DNA of 64,000 nt from Nitrospinota bacterium (GCA_029881335.1 JAOUMU010000002.1:1-64000); one strand, 5' to 3'; positions 1 to 11,954 are shown, counted from the first letter of the stretch. Numbers and translations are program-made. The notes: generated by a model not told the origin, from the letters alone.

Positions 1-256
1 AGTTCGACTGGGTGTCCGTGTAATACAGGTTGGATGTATGCCCAAGCCGGGTCATCTGCTTTTGCAGAGCCTTGCTCACCACTGAATTGCAGTGGCCCAG
101 GTTGGTCACGGCCACCCCTGATACGAAGTCAAGGTACTTTTTTCCCTCGGCGTCCCACACGTAAGCGCCTTTTCCCTTGACCAAAGCGAAGGGCTGGCGA
201 GTATAATTAGGCGAAAGGTACACGCCAGCCATGTCAATTATTTCCTTGTTTCCCAT
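1..256 (-). CDS. argD: class-III PLP aminotransferase, acetylornithine aminotransferase-like. Only the N-terminal 85 codons are present; the gene runs off the window start
   Basis: Manual minus-strand translation from the ATG at 254-256 gives MGNKEIIDMAGVYLSPNYTRQPFALVKGKGAYVWDAEGKKYLDFVSGVAVTNLGHCNSVVSKALQKQMTRLGHTSNLYYTD. This matches the conserved ArgD/class-III N-terminus (YxRxP..V.G.G.Y.WD..G..YLDF..G.AV..LGH). It is absent from the ORF track because it is truncated. Confidence 0.75.
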   Translation of the reverse strand, partial: MGNKEIIDMAGVYLSPNYTRQPFALVKGKGAYVWDAEGKKYLDFVSGVAVTNLGHCNSVVSKALQKQMTRLGHTSNLYYTDTQSN

Positions 257-480
257 CGTATTATCCCAGGAATCGCTGTTAGTGACGCGCAGGCCGGAAA
301 TTATGGGCCGCGGTCCGTGAAATTCGGCATTGTAACCCAAATCTTCTTGATTTTCAAGGAGCATTGCAGGATTTTTTGACGGATAGCAGAGGAATCAGCC
401 CATCCGGTATCTTATGGGCTCTCCGCACAGGCGGGCTGCATATATTGCCCGAGGGGGCCAGGCGGCAGGGGCTTGGGTTG

Positions 481-1698
481 TTACTTTACTTGGCCAAGCG
501 CGGTCTGCCATAGCTTGACCAGCTCCTTGGGGATATAGTCAACCAGGAGCCCTTGGCTCCACAAGAAATAGCCGACCGCTCCAGCAAGGACTAGCATGAT
601 GAAAAGCAGCTTTGACAGGAACCGGGAGCGCCTCGGTCGGCTATCGGTGTCATCGCCGAAGTCATCGGCGTCTTTTCTTGGTTGCCGGATTATGGCCAGG
701 GTGGCCATGGTGGCGCTGGTCCTGGTTTTGCCCGGCCTGACATTCAACCCCTCAAGGGCTTCTTTCAGATTTTCCGCGCTGGCGTATCTTTTCCCAGGTT
801 CCTTTTTCAGGCAGCGAAGGATGACGGTCTCCAATCCCTTGTTTAACTTGGGATTTTTCAATGTGGGCTTGGGGGGCTTTTCGTTTATATGTTTGGCTAT
901 CATACCGAATGGGGAGTCCGACTCGAACGGCAATGCCCCGGTAACCATCTGATAGAATATAACTCCCAACGAATAAATATCGCTGGCGACGCCTATTTCC
1001 TTTATCTCTCCCCTCCCCTGCTCCGGCGACATGTAAGCCGGAGTCCCCAGGATCATCCCGTCTTTGGTAAGGTTGGCCCCCCCCAGCGACATTGCATCCG
1101 TGTCCGCGTCCACCGCCTTGGCGATGCCGAAATCCAGAATCATGGCGGCCAGCTTGCTCTCCAGCTCGGTCACAATGATGTTCTCCGCCTTCAGATCCCG
1201 GTGGATTATCCCCTTGCGATGGGCGTATTCCACTCCCTCCAGAATCTGGTATGCCAGGTCTAAAAACACAGGCAACTCGATATACCCCAGTTCCGTCACC
1301 AATTCATCCAGCGATCTGCCATCAACATAAGGCATCACTATGAAAAACTGCCCCTTTGGCGACTTGTCAAAGTCGTACACGGTAACAATGTTCGGGTGTT
1401 CCAGCTTGCTCTGAATACGCATTTCCCGTTGGAACCGGGCGGCGCTCTCCGGGTCGGCGGTCATCTTTTTGCTGATAACCTTGATGGCGACGGTTTTTCC
1501 GGTGGTGATCTGCTTGGCCCTGTACACCACGCCCATCCCACCGCTCCCCAGCTTGTTCAATATGGTGTAGCGGCCGGCGAACACCTTTCCCGATTCGCCA
1601 TCCTTGGTCCTGATAACCAGTTCGGCTCCGTCGTTCGGGCAGAACTTGATACCGCGCTTGAATTCGCTCTCGCACACCGGGCAGTATGGCTTTGACAT
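481..1698 (-). CDS. Ser/Thr protein kinase with an N-terminal zinc ribbon and a C-terminal TM anchor
   Basis: An N-terminal CPVC...CPNDG zinc ribbon is followed by the Hanks kinase motifs GSGGMGVVY, AIKV, HRDLKAENII, DFGIA and a C-terminal hydrophobic helix. Confidence 0.85.
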   Translation of the reverse strand: MSKPYCPVCESEFKRGIKFCPNDGAELVIRTKDGESGKVFAGRYTILNKLGSGGMGVVYRAKQITTGKTVAIKVISKKMTADPESAARFQREMRIQSKLEHPNIVTVYDFDKSPKGQFFIVMPYVDGRSLDELVTELGYIELPVFLDLAYQILEGVEYAHRKGIIHRDLKAENIIVTELESKLAAMILDFGIAKAVDADTDAMSLGGANLTKDGMILGTPAYMSPEQGRGEIKEIGVASDIYSLGVIFYQMVTGALPFESDSPFGMIAKHINEKPPKPTLKNPKLNKGLETVILRCLKKEPGKRYASAENLKEALEGLNVRPGKTRTSATMATLAIIRQPRKDADDFGDDTDSRPRRSRFLSKLLFIMLVLAGAVGYFLWSQGLLVDYIPKELVKLWQTALGQVK

Positions 1699-1804
1699 TA
1701 CATCTTCCTGATTTATTATCTGGATCCCGACCCTTGTTGAAATGTATCAGGACGACTGGTTTTTGTCAAAAGACGCGTCCCATGGCGGACCGGTACAGAC
1801 ATCC

Positions 1805-3289
1805 CTAGCCGCACAGGGAGCAGCGTAGCTGAGGCCGGCGGGCGGCGGCGGCCTCGTCCAGCCGGGTCCTGACAGTGGTCACCGGCGCGGCTTTAATCGA
1901 TTCCGGGTCCCTCCGGGCCAGGTCCGCTATCTCTATCATCGCCTCGCAGAAACCGTCGAGCGTTTCCAGGCTTTCCGTCTCCGTCGGCTCGATCATCATG
2001 GCCCCCCTGGCGATGGTGGGGAAGTATACTGTGGGCGGGTGGAATCCTCGATCAATAAGCGCCTTGGCGATATCCAACGTGGTGACTCCATATTCGGCCT
2101 GCAGCTTGTCTGTGATCACCAGCTCATGCATGCAGCGGCCTGGGTACGGAATATGGTAATGGTTTCCCAACCGGGCGCGAATATAATTGGCGTTTATCAC
2201 CGCCGCTTCGGCAACCTGGGCCAGCCCCTGGGGGCCCATGGAGAGTATATACGCAGCCGCCCTCAAAAGCACACCGGTGTTACCGAAGAATCCATGCACC
2301 CGCCCCACGCTTTGGGGCCGGTCATACTCCAGCCGGTAAGCGCCGTCGCCCGCATGCTCCACCACGGGAAAGGGTAGGTATGGCGCCAGCTCCCTTTTCA
2401 CCACCACCGGCCCTGCCCCCGGCCCGCCACCGCCGTGGGGAGTGGAAAAGGTCTTGTGCAGATTAATATGCGCCACATCCACCCCCATGTCGCCGAACCG
2501 GGCCTTCCCCAGAAAGGCGTTCAGGTTCGCCCCGTCGCAATAGACAAATCCGCCTCTATCGTGGACCAGCCTCGATATGCGGATGATGTCCGACTCGAAA
2601 ATGCCGAGAGTGTTGGGGTTCGTCACCATCAGCGCCGCCGTTTCGTCATCCATCACACGGTCCAGTTGGGCCATGTCCACCCGGCCATCGGGCCCGCTGG
2701 GCAAGGTTACGGCCTCGTATCCGCAATATACGGCGGACGCCGGATTGGTGCCATGGGAGGAATCTGGCAGAAGCACCTTCTTGCGGGGATTTCCCCTCTC
2801 CGTCAGCGCCGCCCGGATCATTAGCAGTCCAGTAAACTCACCATGCGCACCGGCCGCCGGTTGCAGCGTGGCCGCGTCCATGCCGGATATCTGGCAAAGC
2901 CATCTTCCCAGATCGTTAATTATCCGCAGCGTCCCCTGAGCCTGCTCCTGGGGGGCCATCGGATGCAAAGTGGAAAATCCTCCTATCCGGGCCACCGCCT
3001 CGTTGATCCTGGGATTGTATTTCATAGTACAGGAGCCCAACGGATAGAAGTTCAGGTCCACAGCGAAGTTCCACTGGCTCATCCTGGTGTAATGGCGGGT
3101 CACCTCCGGCTCCGACAGGCTTGGGAAGCCCTCAAGCTCCCCCCGCAGCGCCCCGGCAGGCAGCGCGCTTTCCGGGTCCAGGGCCGCCAGGCCGCTCCAC
3201 GGCGGGGTGTAGCCTTCTCTACCTGGGTTACCCCGGCCGAATATTTCCTCTTCTCTGAAGTTTATTCCTCTTTGAGACTCGACGCTCAT
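1805..3289 (-). CDS. gcvPB: glycine dehydrogenase (decarboxylating) subunit 2 (P-protein C-terminal half)
   Basis: 494 aa with a PLP-lysine region NLHKTFSTPHGGGGPG. It follows gcvPA with a 4-bp overlap. Confidence 0.9.
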   Translation of the reverse strand: MSVESQRGINFREEEIFGRGNPGREGYTPPWSGLAALDPESALPAGALRGELEGFPSLSEPEVTRHYTRMSQWNFAVDLNFYPLGSCTMKYNPRINEAVARIGGFSTLHPMAPQEQAQGTLRIINDLGRWLCQISGMDAATLQPAAGAHGEFTGLLMIRAALTERGNPRKKVLLPDSSHGTNPASAVYCGYEAVTLPSGPDGRVDMAQLDRVMDDETAALMVTNPNTLGIFESDIIRISRLVHDRGGFVYCDGANLNAFLGKARFGDMGVDVAHINLHKTFSTPHGGGGPGAGPVVVKRELAPYLPFPVVEHAGDGAYRLEYDRPQSVGRVHGFFGNTGVLLRAAAYILSMGPQGLAQVAEAAVINANYIRARLGNHYHIPYPGRCMHELVITDKLQAEYGVTTLDIAKALIDRGFHPPTVYFPTIARGAMMIEPTETESLETLDGFCEAMIEIADLARRDPESIKAAPVTTVRTRLDEAAAARRPQLRCSLCG

Positions 3290-4635
3290 ATAGCCTCCCT
3301 GGCGATCAGGTCCACCAGATCGTCCATGTTCCTTTTTGAGTGAACCTCCGTAGCGCTGATAAGTATGGTGTTCTTCATATCGGGGTACCAGCGGCCCAAG
3401 TCCAGCCCGGCCAGGTATCCGACGGAGGCCAGCGTGGCCAGAAGCGGGCCTGGGTCCTTGGGCAAGGTCACGACAAATTCATTGAAAAACTGCTTATCGA
3501 ACGCCAGTTTCACTCCGGCGATTTCCTCCAGTCGCCGGGCAAGGTAATGGGCCGCGGTAAGGTTCGCCAGAGCCACTTCCCGCAATCCGGAGGCGCCCAG
3601 CAGGCTGATATGGATCGCCGCGGCTGTGGCCATCAGCGCCTGGTTGGAGCAGATATTGGACGTGGCCTTTTCCCTTCTGATAGGTTGCTCCCGGGTGGAG
3701 AGGGTGAGCGTGTAGGCATCCCGGCCTATTGTGTCTTTGGTCTTTCCCACCAGCCGTCCCGGCATCTTGCGGGCCAGGCTGCTCTTCACGGCGAACATCC
3801 CCAGCGCTGGGCCGCCGAAGGAAAGAGACCCGCCGAAGGATCGCCCCTCCGCAACAGCCATATCCACCCCGAATGCCCCAGGCCCTTTCAAAAGCCCCAG
3901 GGACATCGGCTCCGCCACCGCGCCGATCAACAAAGCTCCCGATTCCTCCCTGGCCCTGTTTATGGAATCCAGATCCTCCACGCAGCCGAAAAAGTTTGGC
4001 GACTGGACCACCACCACGGCTGTTTCATGGTCCATGGCGGCAGCCAGCTTCTCAGGATTGCAGACTCCATCTGACGCCAGTTCCAGGTTTACAATCTCAA
4101 TCCCCAGATGCCGGGTATAAGTCTGGACTACCTGGCGCCAGTTGGGATGGACCAGGTCAGGCATCACAACCTTGTTCCTGCCCGTGATCCTGCAAGCCAT
4201 GATCACCGCCTCGGCCAGGGCCGATGGGCCGTCGTACATGGAGGCGTTTGCCACTTCCATCCCCAGCAGGGCTGCTGTATAAGTCTGGTATTCGTATATC
4301 GCGGCCAGAGTCCCCTGGCTCACTTCCGGCTGGTATGGGGTGTAGCATGTGAAAAACTCGGTGCGGCTGATCAGATGGTCCACCGCCGTCGGCACGTGGT
4401 GCACATATGCTCCCGCGCCGATGAAAGTTCTCCTGGGTCCGGCGTGAGTATTCTTATCCGCAGCCGCCTCGAACCAGTCCATCAGGTCCATTTCCGATAA
4501 TGGACCCGGGATATCCAGCGGGTGGGCCATCCTGGCCTCGGCTGGAATATCTTCGAAGAGTTGATCAACAGAACTGGCGCCGATTACCGCCAGTGCCCTT
4601 TCTCGATCACTGGCCGACAGTGGGATATACCTCAT
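3286..4635 (-). CDS. gcvPA: glycine dehydrogenase (decarboxylating) subunit 1
   Basis: 449 aa. The N-terminus MRYIPLSASDRERALAVIGASSVDQLFEDIP is typical of GcvPA. Confidence 0.9.
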   Translation of the reverse strand: MRYIPLSASDRERALAVIGASSVDQLFEDIPAEARMAHPLDIPGPLSEMDLMDWFEAAADKNTHAGPRRTFIGAGAYVHHVPTAVDHLISRTEFFTCYTPYQPEVSQGTLAAIYEYQTYTAALLGMEVANASMYDGPSALAEAVIMACRITGRNKVVMPDLVHPNWRQVVQTYTRHLGIEIVNLELASDGVCNPEKLAAAMDHETAVVVVQSPNFFGCVEDLDSINRAREESGALLIGAVAEPMSLGLLKGPGAFGVDMAVAEGRSFGGSLSFGGPALGMFAVKSSLARKMPGRLVGKTKDTIGRDAYTLTLSTREQPIRREKATSNICSNQALMATAAAIHISLLGASGLREVALANLTAAHYLARRLEEIAGVKLAFDKQFFNEFVVTLPKDPGPLLATLASVGYLAGLDLGRWYPDMKNTILISATEVHSKRNMDDLVDLIAREAI

Positions 4636-4645
4636 GGAGCGGCCG

Positions 4646-5032
4646 TTACCCCTTCTGCGTAAGATCGCGGTAGTCCTGGGCGGAGAGAAGGCTTTCCAGC
4701 TCCTTCGGATCTTCCATCTTCATTTTGATGATCCAGCCTTCACCGAAAGGGCTCTCGTTGACAAGCTCCGGGCGCCCTTCCAACTCCGGATTAACCTCTA
4801 TCACCCTGCCGGCCACCGGACTGTAAAGGTCAGACACGGTCTTGACAGATTCCGCCACGCCGAAGGACTCGCCCGCCTTCAGGTCTTGGCCGATCTTGGG
4901 TGTCTCCACGAACACAATGTCGCCCAGCTCATCCTGGGCAAAATCGGTAATCCCGATGATGGCGGTGTCGCCACCCTCAACGCGCACCCATTCGTGCTCC
5001 TTGGAATACTTAAGGTCCTTTGGAAATTCCAC
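4646..5032 (-). CDS. gcvH: glycine cleavage system H protein (lipoyl carrier)
   Basis: 128 aa. The lipoyl-lysine motif ESVKTVSDLY and the HEW start are typical of GcvH. Confidence 0.9.
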   Translation of the reverse strand: MEFPKDLKYSKEHEWVRVEGGDTAIIGITDFAQDELGDIVFVETPKIGQDLKAGESFGVAESVKTVSDLYSPVAGRVIEVNPELEGRPELVNESPFGEGWIIKMKMEDPKELESLLSAQDYRDLTQKG

Positions 5033-6207
5033 TACTCCTCCTTGGCCGCCGCTTCGCCGCCATTAGCTGACACAGCGGGCGCAGGCTTGGCTTTTTTGGT
5101 TTTAGAGGGCAAAAACGGGCGACGAACCACTGTGGCCTCCACCGCTTTGCCCCGGATGTCTATCTGTATGGGAGTTCCAGGCTTCGAGTGCTCGGCCAAG
5201 ATATAGCCCAGTCCGATAGTCTTGCCGGAGCAGGGGCTCATCCCGCCGCTGGTAACCTCGCCCACGATCCTGCCCTCCGCCAGTATTGAATAGCCATGGC
5301 GAGGCAGGCCGCCGCGCTCGTTCATCTCGAATCCGGCGATCTTTCTGGCGGCGCCCTCCGTTTTTTTCCGGGTCAGGGCCTCCTGGGCCACCAGGCCCCC
5401 TTCCTTATCCAGCTTCACGATCCACTCCAGCCCGACTTCATACGGGGTCACGGAGGCGTCCATATCCACGCCGTGAAGCAGGTACCCCATCTCCAGCCGC
5501 AAAAGGTCCCGGGCTCCCAGCCCGCACGGCTTTAAGCTCCAATGCTTCCCCTTTGCCATCAATGCGTCCCAGAGGATGTCGGTGTCCCGCCAATCGCAAT
5601 ATATCTCGAATCCGTCCTCGCCGGTGTAGCCGGTGCGCGAAAGGATGACGTTTTTTTCCGCCATGTTGGTGATCATGAAATGGAAATACTCCATCCCAGC
5701 CGCCCTGGCGCCTGCCAGGCTCTTGATCAGGACTTCCGAGTTTGGCCCTTGCACAGAGAGAAGGCCATACTGGCGGGTGAGGTTTCGCACTTCCACGTCC
5801 GGATATTGGAGGGCGAATTCGGCGATCCAGCTTATATCCTTTTCGGTGTTGGCTGCATTGAGGCACAAAAAGAACCTGAACCTGGATATCTGGTAAATCA
5901 CCAGGTCGTCGATTATTCCTCCCTGATCATCGATCAGAGCGGTGTATTGGGCCTGTCCTTCTGAAATCCTGGACAAATCGTTGGTGGAAATATGCTGGAG
6001 CAGCCTGAATGCGTTTTTCCCTTTTACTTCCACCTTGCCCATATGGCATATGTCGAAGAGGCCCGCCGATTTGCGCACCGCCTTGCACTCATCCATCATC
6101 GACATGTACTGCAGCGGTAGGCTCCACCCGTGGAAATCCGTCATCTTCGCCCCGGCGGCGACATGCTTGCGGAACAGCGGCGTTTTAAGCAAAGTGGTGG
6201 GGCTCAT
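5032..6207 (-). CDS. gcvT: aminomethyltransferase (glycine cleavage T protein) with a Lys/Ala-rich C-terminal tail
   Basis: 391 aa. The N-terminus ...TPLFRKHVAAGAKMTDFHGWSLPLQY is GcvT-like. It is the first gene of the minus-strand gcvT-H-PA-PB operon. Confidence 0.88.
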   Translation of the reverse strand: MSPTTLLKTPLFRKHVAAGAKMTDFHGWSLPLQYMSMMDECKAVRKSAGLFDICHMGKVEVKGKNAFRLLQHISTNDLSRISEGQAQYTALIDDQGGIIDDLVIYQISRFRFFLCLNAANTEKDISWIAEFALQYPDVEVRNLTRQYGLLSVQGPNSEVLIKSLAGARAAGMEYFHFMITNMAEKNVILSRTGYTGEDGFEIYCDWRDTDILWDALMAKGKHWSLKPCGLGARDLLRLEMGYLLHGVDMDASVTPYEVGLEWIVKLDKEGGLVAQEALTRKKTEGAARKIAGFEMNERGGLPRHGYSILAEGRIVGEVTSGGMSPCSGKTIGLGYILAEHSKPGTPIQIDIRGKAVEATVVRRPFLPSKTKKAKPAPAVSANGGEAAAKEE

Positions 6208-6347
6208 GGGCGTATCTGTGGCGTCATCCCGCCAGTGGCTCCGGAGAGCTTTGTCGCGATATGGATTGTCATAAGCTGAAGTGATATCCTATCCAGAGAC
6301 AAGGGTAAAAGCATCGTAAAAGTATACCAAACCCGCGCTGAAAGCAA

Positions 6348-6869
6348 GTGGCGCTTTTCGTGATGGACCTGATGAAGAGAAAAAACCGAGCTCCCGATCA
6401 TATCGGTTCCGTACTTGAGAGCCTTTCCGTCTCCATGGGCAAGCGGGAGCTTTACGATTTCGCGGCCATCTGTGGTAATTGGCGGGGGATAGTGGGCCAT
6501 GCCTTGGCGGAGGTCTCCTCCCCGGCCCGGCTTGCGCGCAAATCCCTCACCATAGAGGTGGCCCAGCCTGTGTGGGCGGACTCCATGGGGTATATGAAAA
6601 ATGAGATCATCGAGAAGGTGAACTCGACGCTGGGGCGTCGTATGGTATCCAGGATCAGAATGATCGTGCGAAAGGGGAGCGGAAAGGGACTTGGCGCGGA
6701 GGAAAATGGGCCGACGAACCGGCCGCCCCTCCCCCAGTCGGCGGTGCGGGAGGCCGAAGAGGCGGTAAAATATATTGATGATTCGCAATTGCGCTCTACA
6801 TTCAAAAGGATTATTCTGAAGGACGTTAGCCTGAAATACTACTTAAACGACAAAAAGAAGAACCCTTGA
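6348..6869 (+). CDS. DUF721 / DciA-like protein
   Basis: 173 aa. The pattern IGSVLESL....W..IVGHALAEVS.P..L....L.I.V....W..S.....NEI resembles DUF721. Assigned by recollection only. Confidence 0.45.
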   Translation: MALFVMDLMKRKNRAPDHIGSVLESLSVSMGKRELYDFAAICGNWRGIVGHALAEVSSPARLARKSLTIEVAQPVWADSMGYMKNEIIEKVNSTLGRRMVSRIRMIVRKGSGKGLGAEENGPTNRPPLPQSAVREAEEAVKYIDDSQLRSTFKRIILKDVSLKYYLNDKKKNP

Positions 6870-8662
6870 GAGCCGAATACAAAGTTATTATATCCGCGGT
6901 TATTGTCGCAGTGTCTTTTCATTCCTCCACGGCCACCGCCTTTCCCGGAAAAAAAGAGAAGTCGGCCGAGGTGAAGAAGGAGGCGCCGCTAACCCCCGGT
7001 GACGGGGTGGACCGCTCCGGAGCATACGACATGTTCCTGCAGGCCGTGCTCGAGGAGCGGGCGGGCGACTATCCGGCCGCCATCGCGCTGTACCAGAAGG
7101 CAGCCCGATCGGATGAAACATCCTCCCAGGCCCTGCGCCGCGCAGCCGGGCTGTATTTAATAATCGGTGATATAAAATCGGCGCTTAAAACAGCTGAAAA
7201 ATGTGTGCGGATAAACGCTGATTCGACGGAGTGCCTCGATATCCTGGCCGGAATAAACACGAGCCTGGACAAAACTGAAAAAGCCATCAAATATCTCCAG
7301 GAGAAAATCAGAATATCTCCGGAGGATATAAGCGCCATAGTGGCGCTGGCTGTGGTCCACCTTCGGGCGGAGTCCCCAAAAAAGGCGATTGAGATACTAG
7401 AGGCGGCCCCTCCATCCACTAGCCACCAGTTCGTCTTCGACAAATACTTTCTTGGCCGCTCGTACATCGCCAGTGGCGAATATGAAAAAGCCGCCGAAAA
7501 GTTTGAAATGCTGTTGGGTGGCCGCCCGGACCTCTCCATTGCCTTTGAGAATCTAGCCTGGACATACAGGATGTTGGGGAAGTGGGACAAGGCTATCGAT
7601 CTGTACAGAAAATATCTGGTCATAAATTCCAACGACCTTAATATCCAGGTGGCTATGGAGAGGGCGCTTTCCGAACAGGAGAGCGGCAAGCCGGTGGCGG
7701 AGCTGCACGGCGACATATTGAAAGACATACCGGAGGAGATCAATTACCGGTTCTTTCTGGGCATGACCAAATGGCAGCAGGGGGAGATGACTCGGGACAT
7801 GAACCTGATCCAGGAGGCGCTGGCCCAGTTCCAGCTGGTGAGAGCCGCAGAGCCGGAAAACCAGACTGTGATTTCGTATATCGCGTCTATCTTCGAGAGC
7901 CTTAACCTTTTAAATGAAGCGGTGAGCGCCTGGAAACAGATTCAAGCCTCCAGCGATGACGAGAAGAAAAGCATCAACCTGAAGATAGCGGACCTGTATG
8001 ACAGGATGGGTAAATATGACATGAGCCTCAAGCATGCCCAGATCGCGGCTAAACTGGATCCGACTGATCCTGAACTGATGTTTATGACCGGTTTCATGCA
8101 TGGAAAGCTGAAGCAGTACGACGACTCCATAGATGTGTTTAAGGCCGCCCTGGATATGAATCCGAACAACCCCAAGTATTACTTCCACCTGGGCGTGACA
8201 TATGAAAAAATGAAGAAGTATGACCTGTGCATCGAGGCGATGAAAAAAGCGATCACGCTCAAGCCGAACCATTCCAACGCTCTCAATTACCTGGGCTACA
8301 TCTACGCGGAGCAGGACATCAACCTGGACGAGGCGGAAAAATATCTTCTACTTGCCCTGGAGCTGGAGCCGGAGAACGGATATTTTATCGACTCCCTGGG
8401 ATGGGTGTACTACAAAAAGAAACTGTATGAAGAAGCATTGGACCAGCTTCTGACCGCTGTGCGCAACATCACTCCGGACCCGACGGTGCTGGAGCACCTG
8501 GGGGACGTATACATCGCGCTAGACAGGATTGAGGAAGCGGCCAAAACCTATCAAAGCTCCCTGGACGCCAAAGTTTACGACGACCGAATCCTGGACCGTG
8601 AAGCCACCCGCAAAAAGCTGGACACCGCCAGGAAGCTTCTCAAGAAAAGATCAAAGAACTAG
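6866..8662 (+). CDS. secreted tetratricopeptide (TPR) repeat protein
   Basis: 598 aa with a signal peptide and many 34-aa TPR-like repeats of the form A...Y.KAL..NP. Confidence 0.8.
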   Translation: MRAEYKVIISAVIVAVSFHSSTATAFPGKKEKSAEVKKEAPLTPGDGVDRSGAYDMFLQAVLEERAGDYPAAIALYQKAARSDETSSQALRRAAGLYLIIGDIKSALKTAEKCVRINADSTECLDILAGINTSLDKTEKAIKYLQEKIRISPEDISAIVALAVVHLRAESPKKAIEILEAAPPSTSHQFVFDKYFLGRSYIASGEYEKAAEKFEMLLGGRPDLSIAFENLAWTYRMLGKWDKAIDLYRKYLVINSNDLNIQVAMERALSEQESGKPVAELHGDILKDIPEEINYRFFLGMTKWQQGEMTRDMNLIQEALAQFQLVRAAEPENQTVISYIASIFESLNLLNEAVSAWKQIQASSDDEKKSINLKIADLYDRMGKYDMSLKHAQIAAKLDPTDPELMFMTGFMHGKLKQYDDSIDVFKAALDMNPNNPKYYFHLGVTYEKMKKYDLCIEAMKKAITLKPNHSNALNYLGYIYAEQDINLDEAEKYLLLALELEPENGYFIDSLGWVYYKKKLYEEALDQLLTAVRNITPDPTVLEHLGDVYIALDRIEEAAKTYQSSLDAKVYDDRILDREATRKKLDTARKLLKKRSKN

Positions 8663-8666
8663 GCCG

Positions 8667-9365
8667 ATGCCTCGCCTCGGCCTTGCTATCCTTTCGCTTT
8701 TTCCGGCGCTGGGGCTTTTCTCCTGCGTCACTTTCGCTTTCCCCCCTCAAGAAGCCACCGGGGATCTGGGCGCCATGGCCAAGCCAGGCTATCCCACTTT
8801 CCGGGGATTGGGCCAGCTGACCATGGAAAACCTTCGGGGAAAATTTACCGGCGCCATCCTGCTTGCCCTCGATGGAGAAAGATTCCGGGTGGAAATATCT
8901 GACAAAACAGGGCGAACTGTGCGGACCTGGGCATGGAACGGAGCCAGGCTAATGCGTCTTAACCTTTCCACCGGGGCCAAGGAGTGGATGGACGAAGGAT
9001 TCATGAATAAAGCGCCGATGTCCCTTGCCCGAACGATGGTGACGGGGGCGCCGCCCGGCTATACAAAGGTCATTTCCACAAAAGTGTCTGGAGGGATGAA
9101 GGTGGCGTGGGTATCCGGCCCGGGCATGGGCCTTTCATACCAGGCGGAGAGGCTGGTCAAGGTGGAAGGGGGCGGCGCCTTCTCCTGGGAGATGGCACTG
9201 GGCCCTTTCTCAGATGGCCCGACTGCCCCATATGTGGAGTCCGCCACCCTTTCCGCCGCGGGGAGCAGGCTCTTTGTCCAGTGGATCAGGGTAGAGCAGG
9301 GTGTGAAGTTTGCCCCGGGATTTTTCATGTTTGAAGAGGATGTCCTGGACCCGGAACAGTGGTGA
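8667..9365 (+). CDS. lipoprotein, unknown function
   Basis: The in-frame ATG at 8667 gives MPRLGLAILSLFPALGLFSC, a signal peptide with a lipobox. The upstream part of the ORF-track frame overlaps the TPR gene. Confidence 0.6.
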   Translation: MPRLGLAILSLFPALGLFSCVTFAFPPQEATGDLGAMAKPGYPTFRGLGQLTMENLRGKFTGAILLALDGERFRVEISDKTGRTVRTWAWNGARLMRLNLSTGAKEWMDEGFMNKAPMSLARTMVTGAPPGYTKVISTKVSGGMKVAWVSGPGMGLSYQAERLVKVEGGGAFSWEMALGPFSDGPTAPYVESATLSAAGSRLFVQWIRVEQGVKFAPGFFMFEEDVLDPEQW

Positions 9366-9378
9366 CCGGCTACCAGGA

Positions 9379-10143
9379 TCAGATATCCAGTACAAGACCA
9401 TCCCAGGCCAGGTGGACATTCTCCGGAAGGTCAGCCGAACCCTCCTTGTGGGTTTTGCTGTGGTTTAGATGGGTGAGGTAAGTCCTTGTCGGCCTTATCC
9501 GCTCCACCGCCTCCAGGGCCTTTTTCATGGTGAAGTGGGTAGCATGACGCTCCAGCCACAGCGCTCCCAGGGCCAGGGTGTCCAGCCCCTCCAGAAGCGG
9601 GAATGACTCCTCCGGAATGAAAGAGCAATCGGTGATGTAGGCGGTGTTTCGGATACGATACCCGAAAGCGTCTATGCTTCCATGCTTGACCGGGATTGGA
9701 ATCACTCGTACCGTCCCCACGGAAAAGGGGCCCTCCACCGCGTGCAGGTCCAGCTGTGGCTTGGCAGCGCCTTCGCTGGCTTTCCCGTCGAAGATATATC
9801 CATGCAGTTCCCGGATCCGCTCCAGACTTTTTTGGTTTCCATAACAGGGGATTTGTCCCCCCTGAAAATAATTATACGCCCGTAGTTCGTCCACGCCGTG
9901 GATGTGATCGGCGTGGTGGTGTGTATACAACACCGCGTCCACACCCCCGATCTTCGCGCGCAGAGCCTGGGTGCGCAGATCTGTGGTGGTGTCGACTAGC
10001 AGGCTCACGCCGCCTGCTTTTATCCAGACCGAGGAGCGCAGCCTTTGATCCCTTGGCTCGATAGAACTGCACACACCACACCTGCACCCCAGCATCGGAA
10101 CGCCGGTGGAGGTGCCTGTTCCTAAAAAAGTAATGGTTCCCAT
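9379..10143 (-). CDS. MBL-fold metallo-hydrolase (PhnP / phosphoribosyl cyclic phosphodiesterase-like)
   Basis: 254 aa with a CxxC N-terminal segment, the HHHADH metal-binding motif and the beta-lactamase fold pattern. Confidence 0.75.
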   Translation of the reverse strand: MGTITFLGTGTSTGVPMLGCRCGVCSSIEPRDQRLRSSVWIKAGGVSLLVDTTTDLRTQALRAKIGGVDAVLYTHHHADHIHGVDELRAYNYFQGGQIPCYGNQKSLERIRELHGYIFDGKASEGAAKPQLDLHAVEGPFSVGTVRVIPIPVKHGSIDAFGYRIRNTAYITDCSFIPEESFPLLEGLDTLALGALWLERHATHFTMKKALEAVERIRPTRTYLTHLNHSKTHKEGSADLPENVHLAWDGLVLDI

Positions 10144-10252
10144 GATCGTCTAACTTTATTATATCCTTTCAGGAGCTTTGGCGCTGTCCGGGGTTATAAT
10201 AGGCGTAAGTTTTACAAATGCGGGCGGCTGCGTCCGGTTCAATTCTTTTTAA

Positions 10253-11554
<1,302 letters not shown>

Positions 11555-11575
11555 TTTGGTGGATAATATTACTTC

Positions 11576-11896
11576 ATGAAGAGCAACAGGGGTAGCGCGG
11601 CTCTCGGTATGTCCATACTGTTTTTTGGCATTATGGCCTCCGCCGCGTATTACAAGGACAACGGCCTGTACGATGTAGGACGCTTGCGCGAGGAGATAGG
11701 CGCCATCCAACTGCAGAACCTGCGCCTGACTCAGGAGAACGTACGGATGCGCCACGAGCTGGACAACCTCAAGTTCGGCGATTTCATCGTGGAGTCGATT
11801 GCCCGCGAGGATCTGGGCCTGGTTAAGCCGAACGAGGTGGTCTATGAATTTATCTACGCTAAGACACTCCAAGACCCATTGGGCCACAAAGAATAA
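11576..11896 (+). CDS. ftsB: septum formation initiator FtsB/DivIC family
   Basis: 106 aa with an N-terminal TM helix plus a coiled coil. It sits in the conserved position immediately downstream of eno. Confidence 0.7.
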   Translation: MKSNRGSAALGMSILFFGIMASAAYYKDNGLYDVGRLREEIGAIQLQNLRLTQENVRMRHELDNLKFGDFIVESIAREDLGLVKPNEVVYEFIYAKTLQDPLGHKE

Positions 11897-11954
11897 AAGG
11901 CGCCCGCCTTTTGAAATACCGCTTTTGCCTTTTGCGGCGCCTGTCATCGTCGCA

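Noticed and set aside
6208-6347. Possible glycine riboswitch in the gcvT leader
   Set aside because: The reverse-complemented leader lacks the conserved GGAGAG...ACCGAAGG aptamer cores. It cannot be supported by eye.
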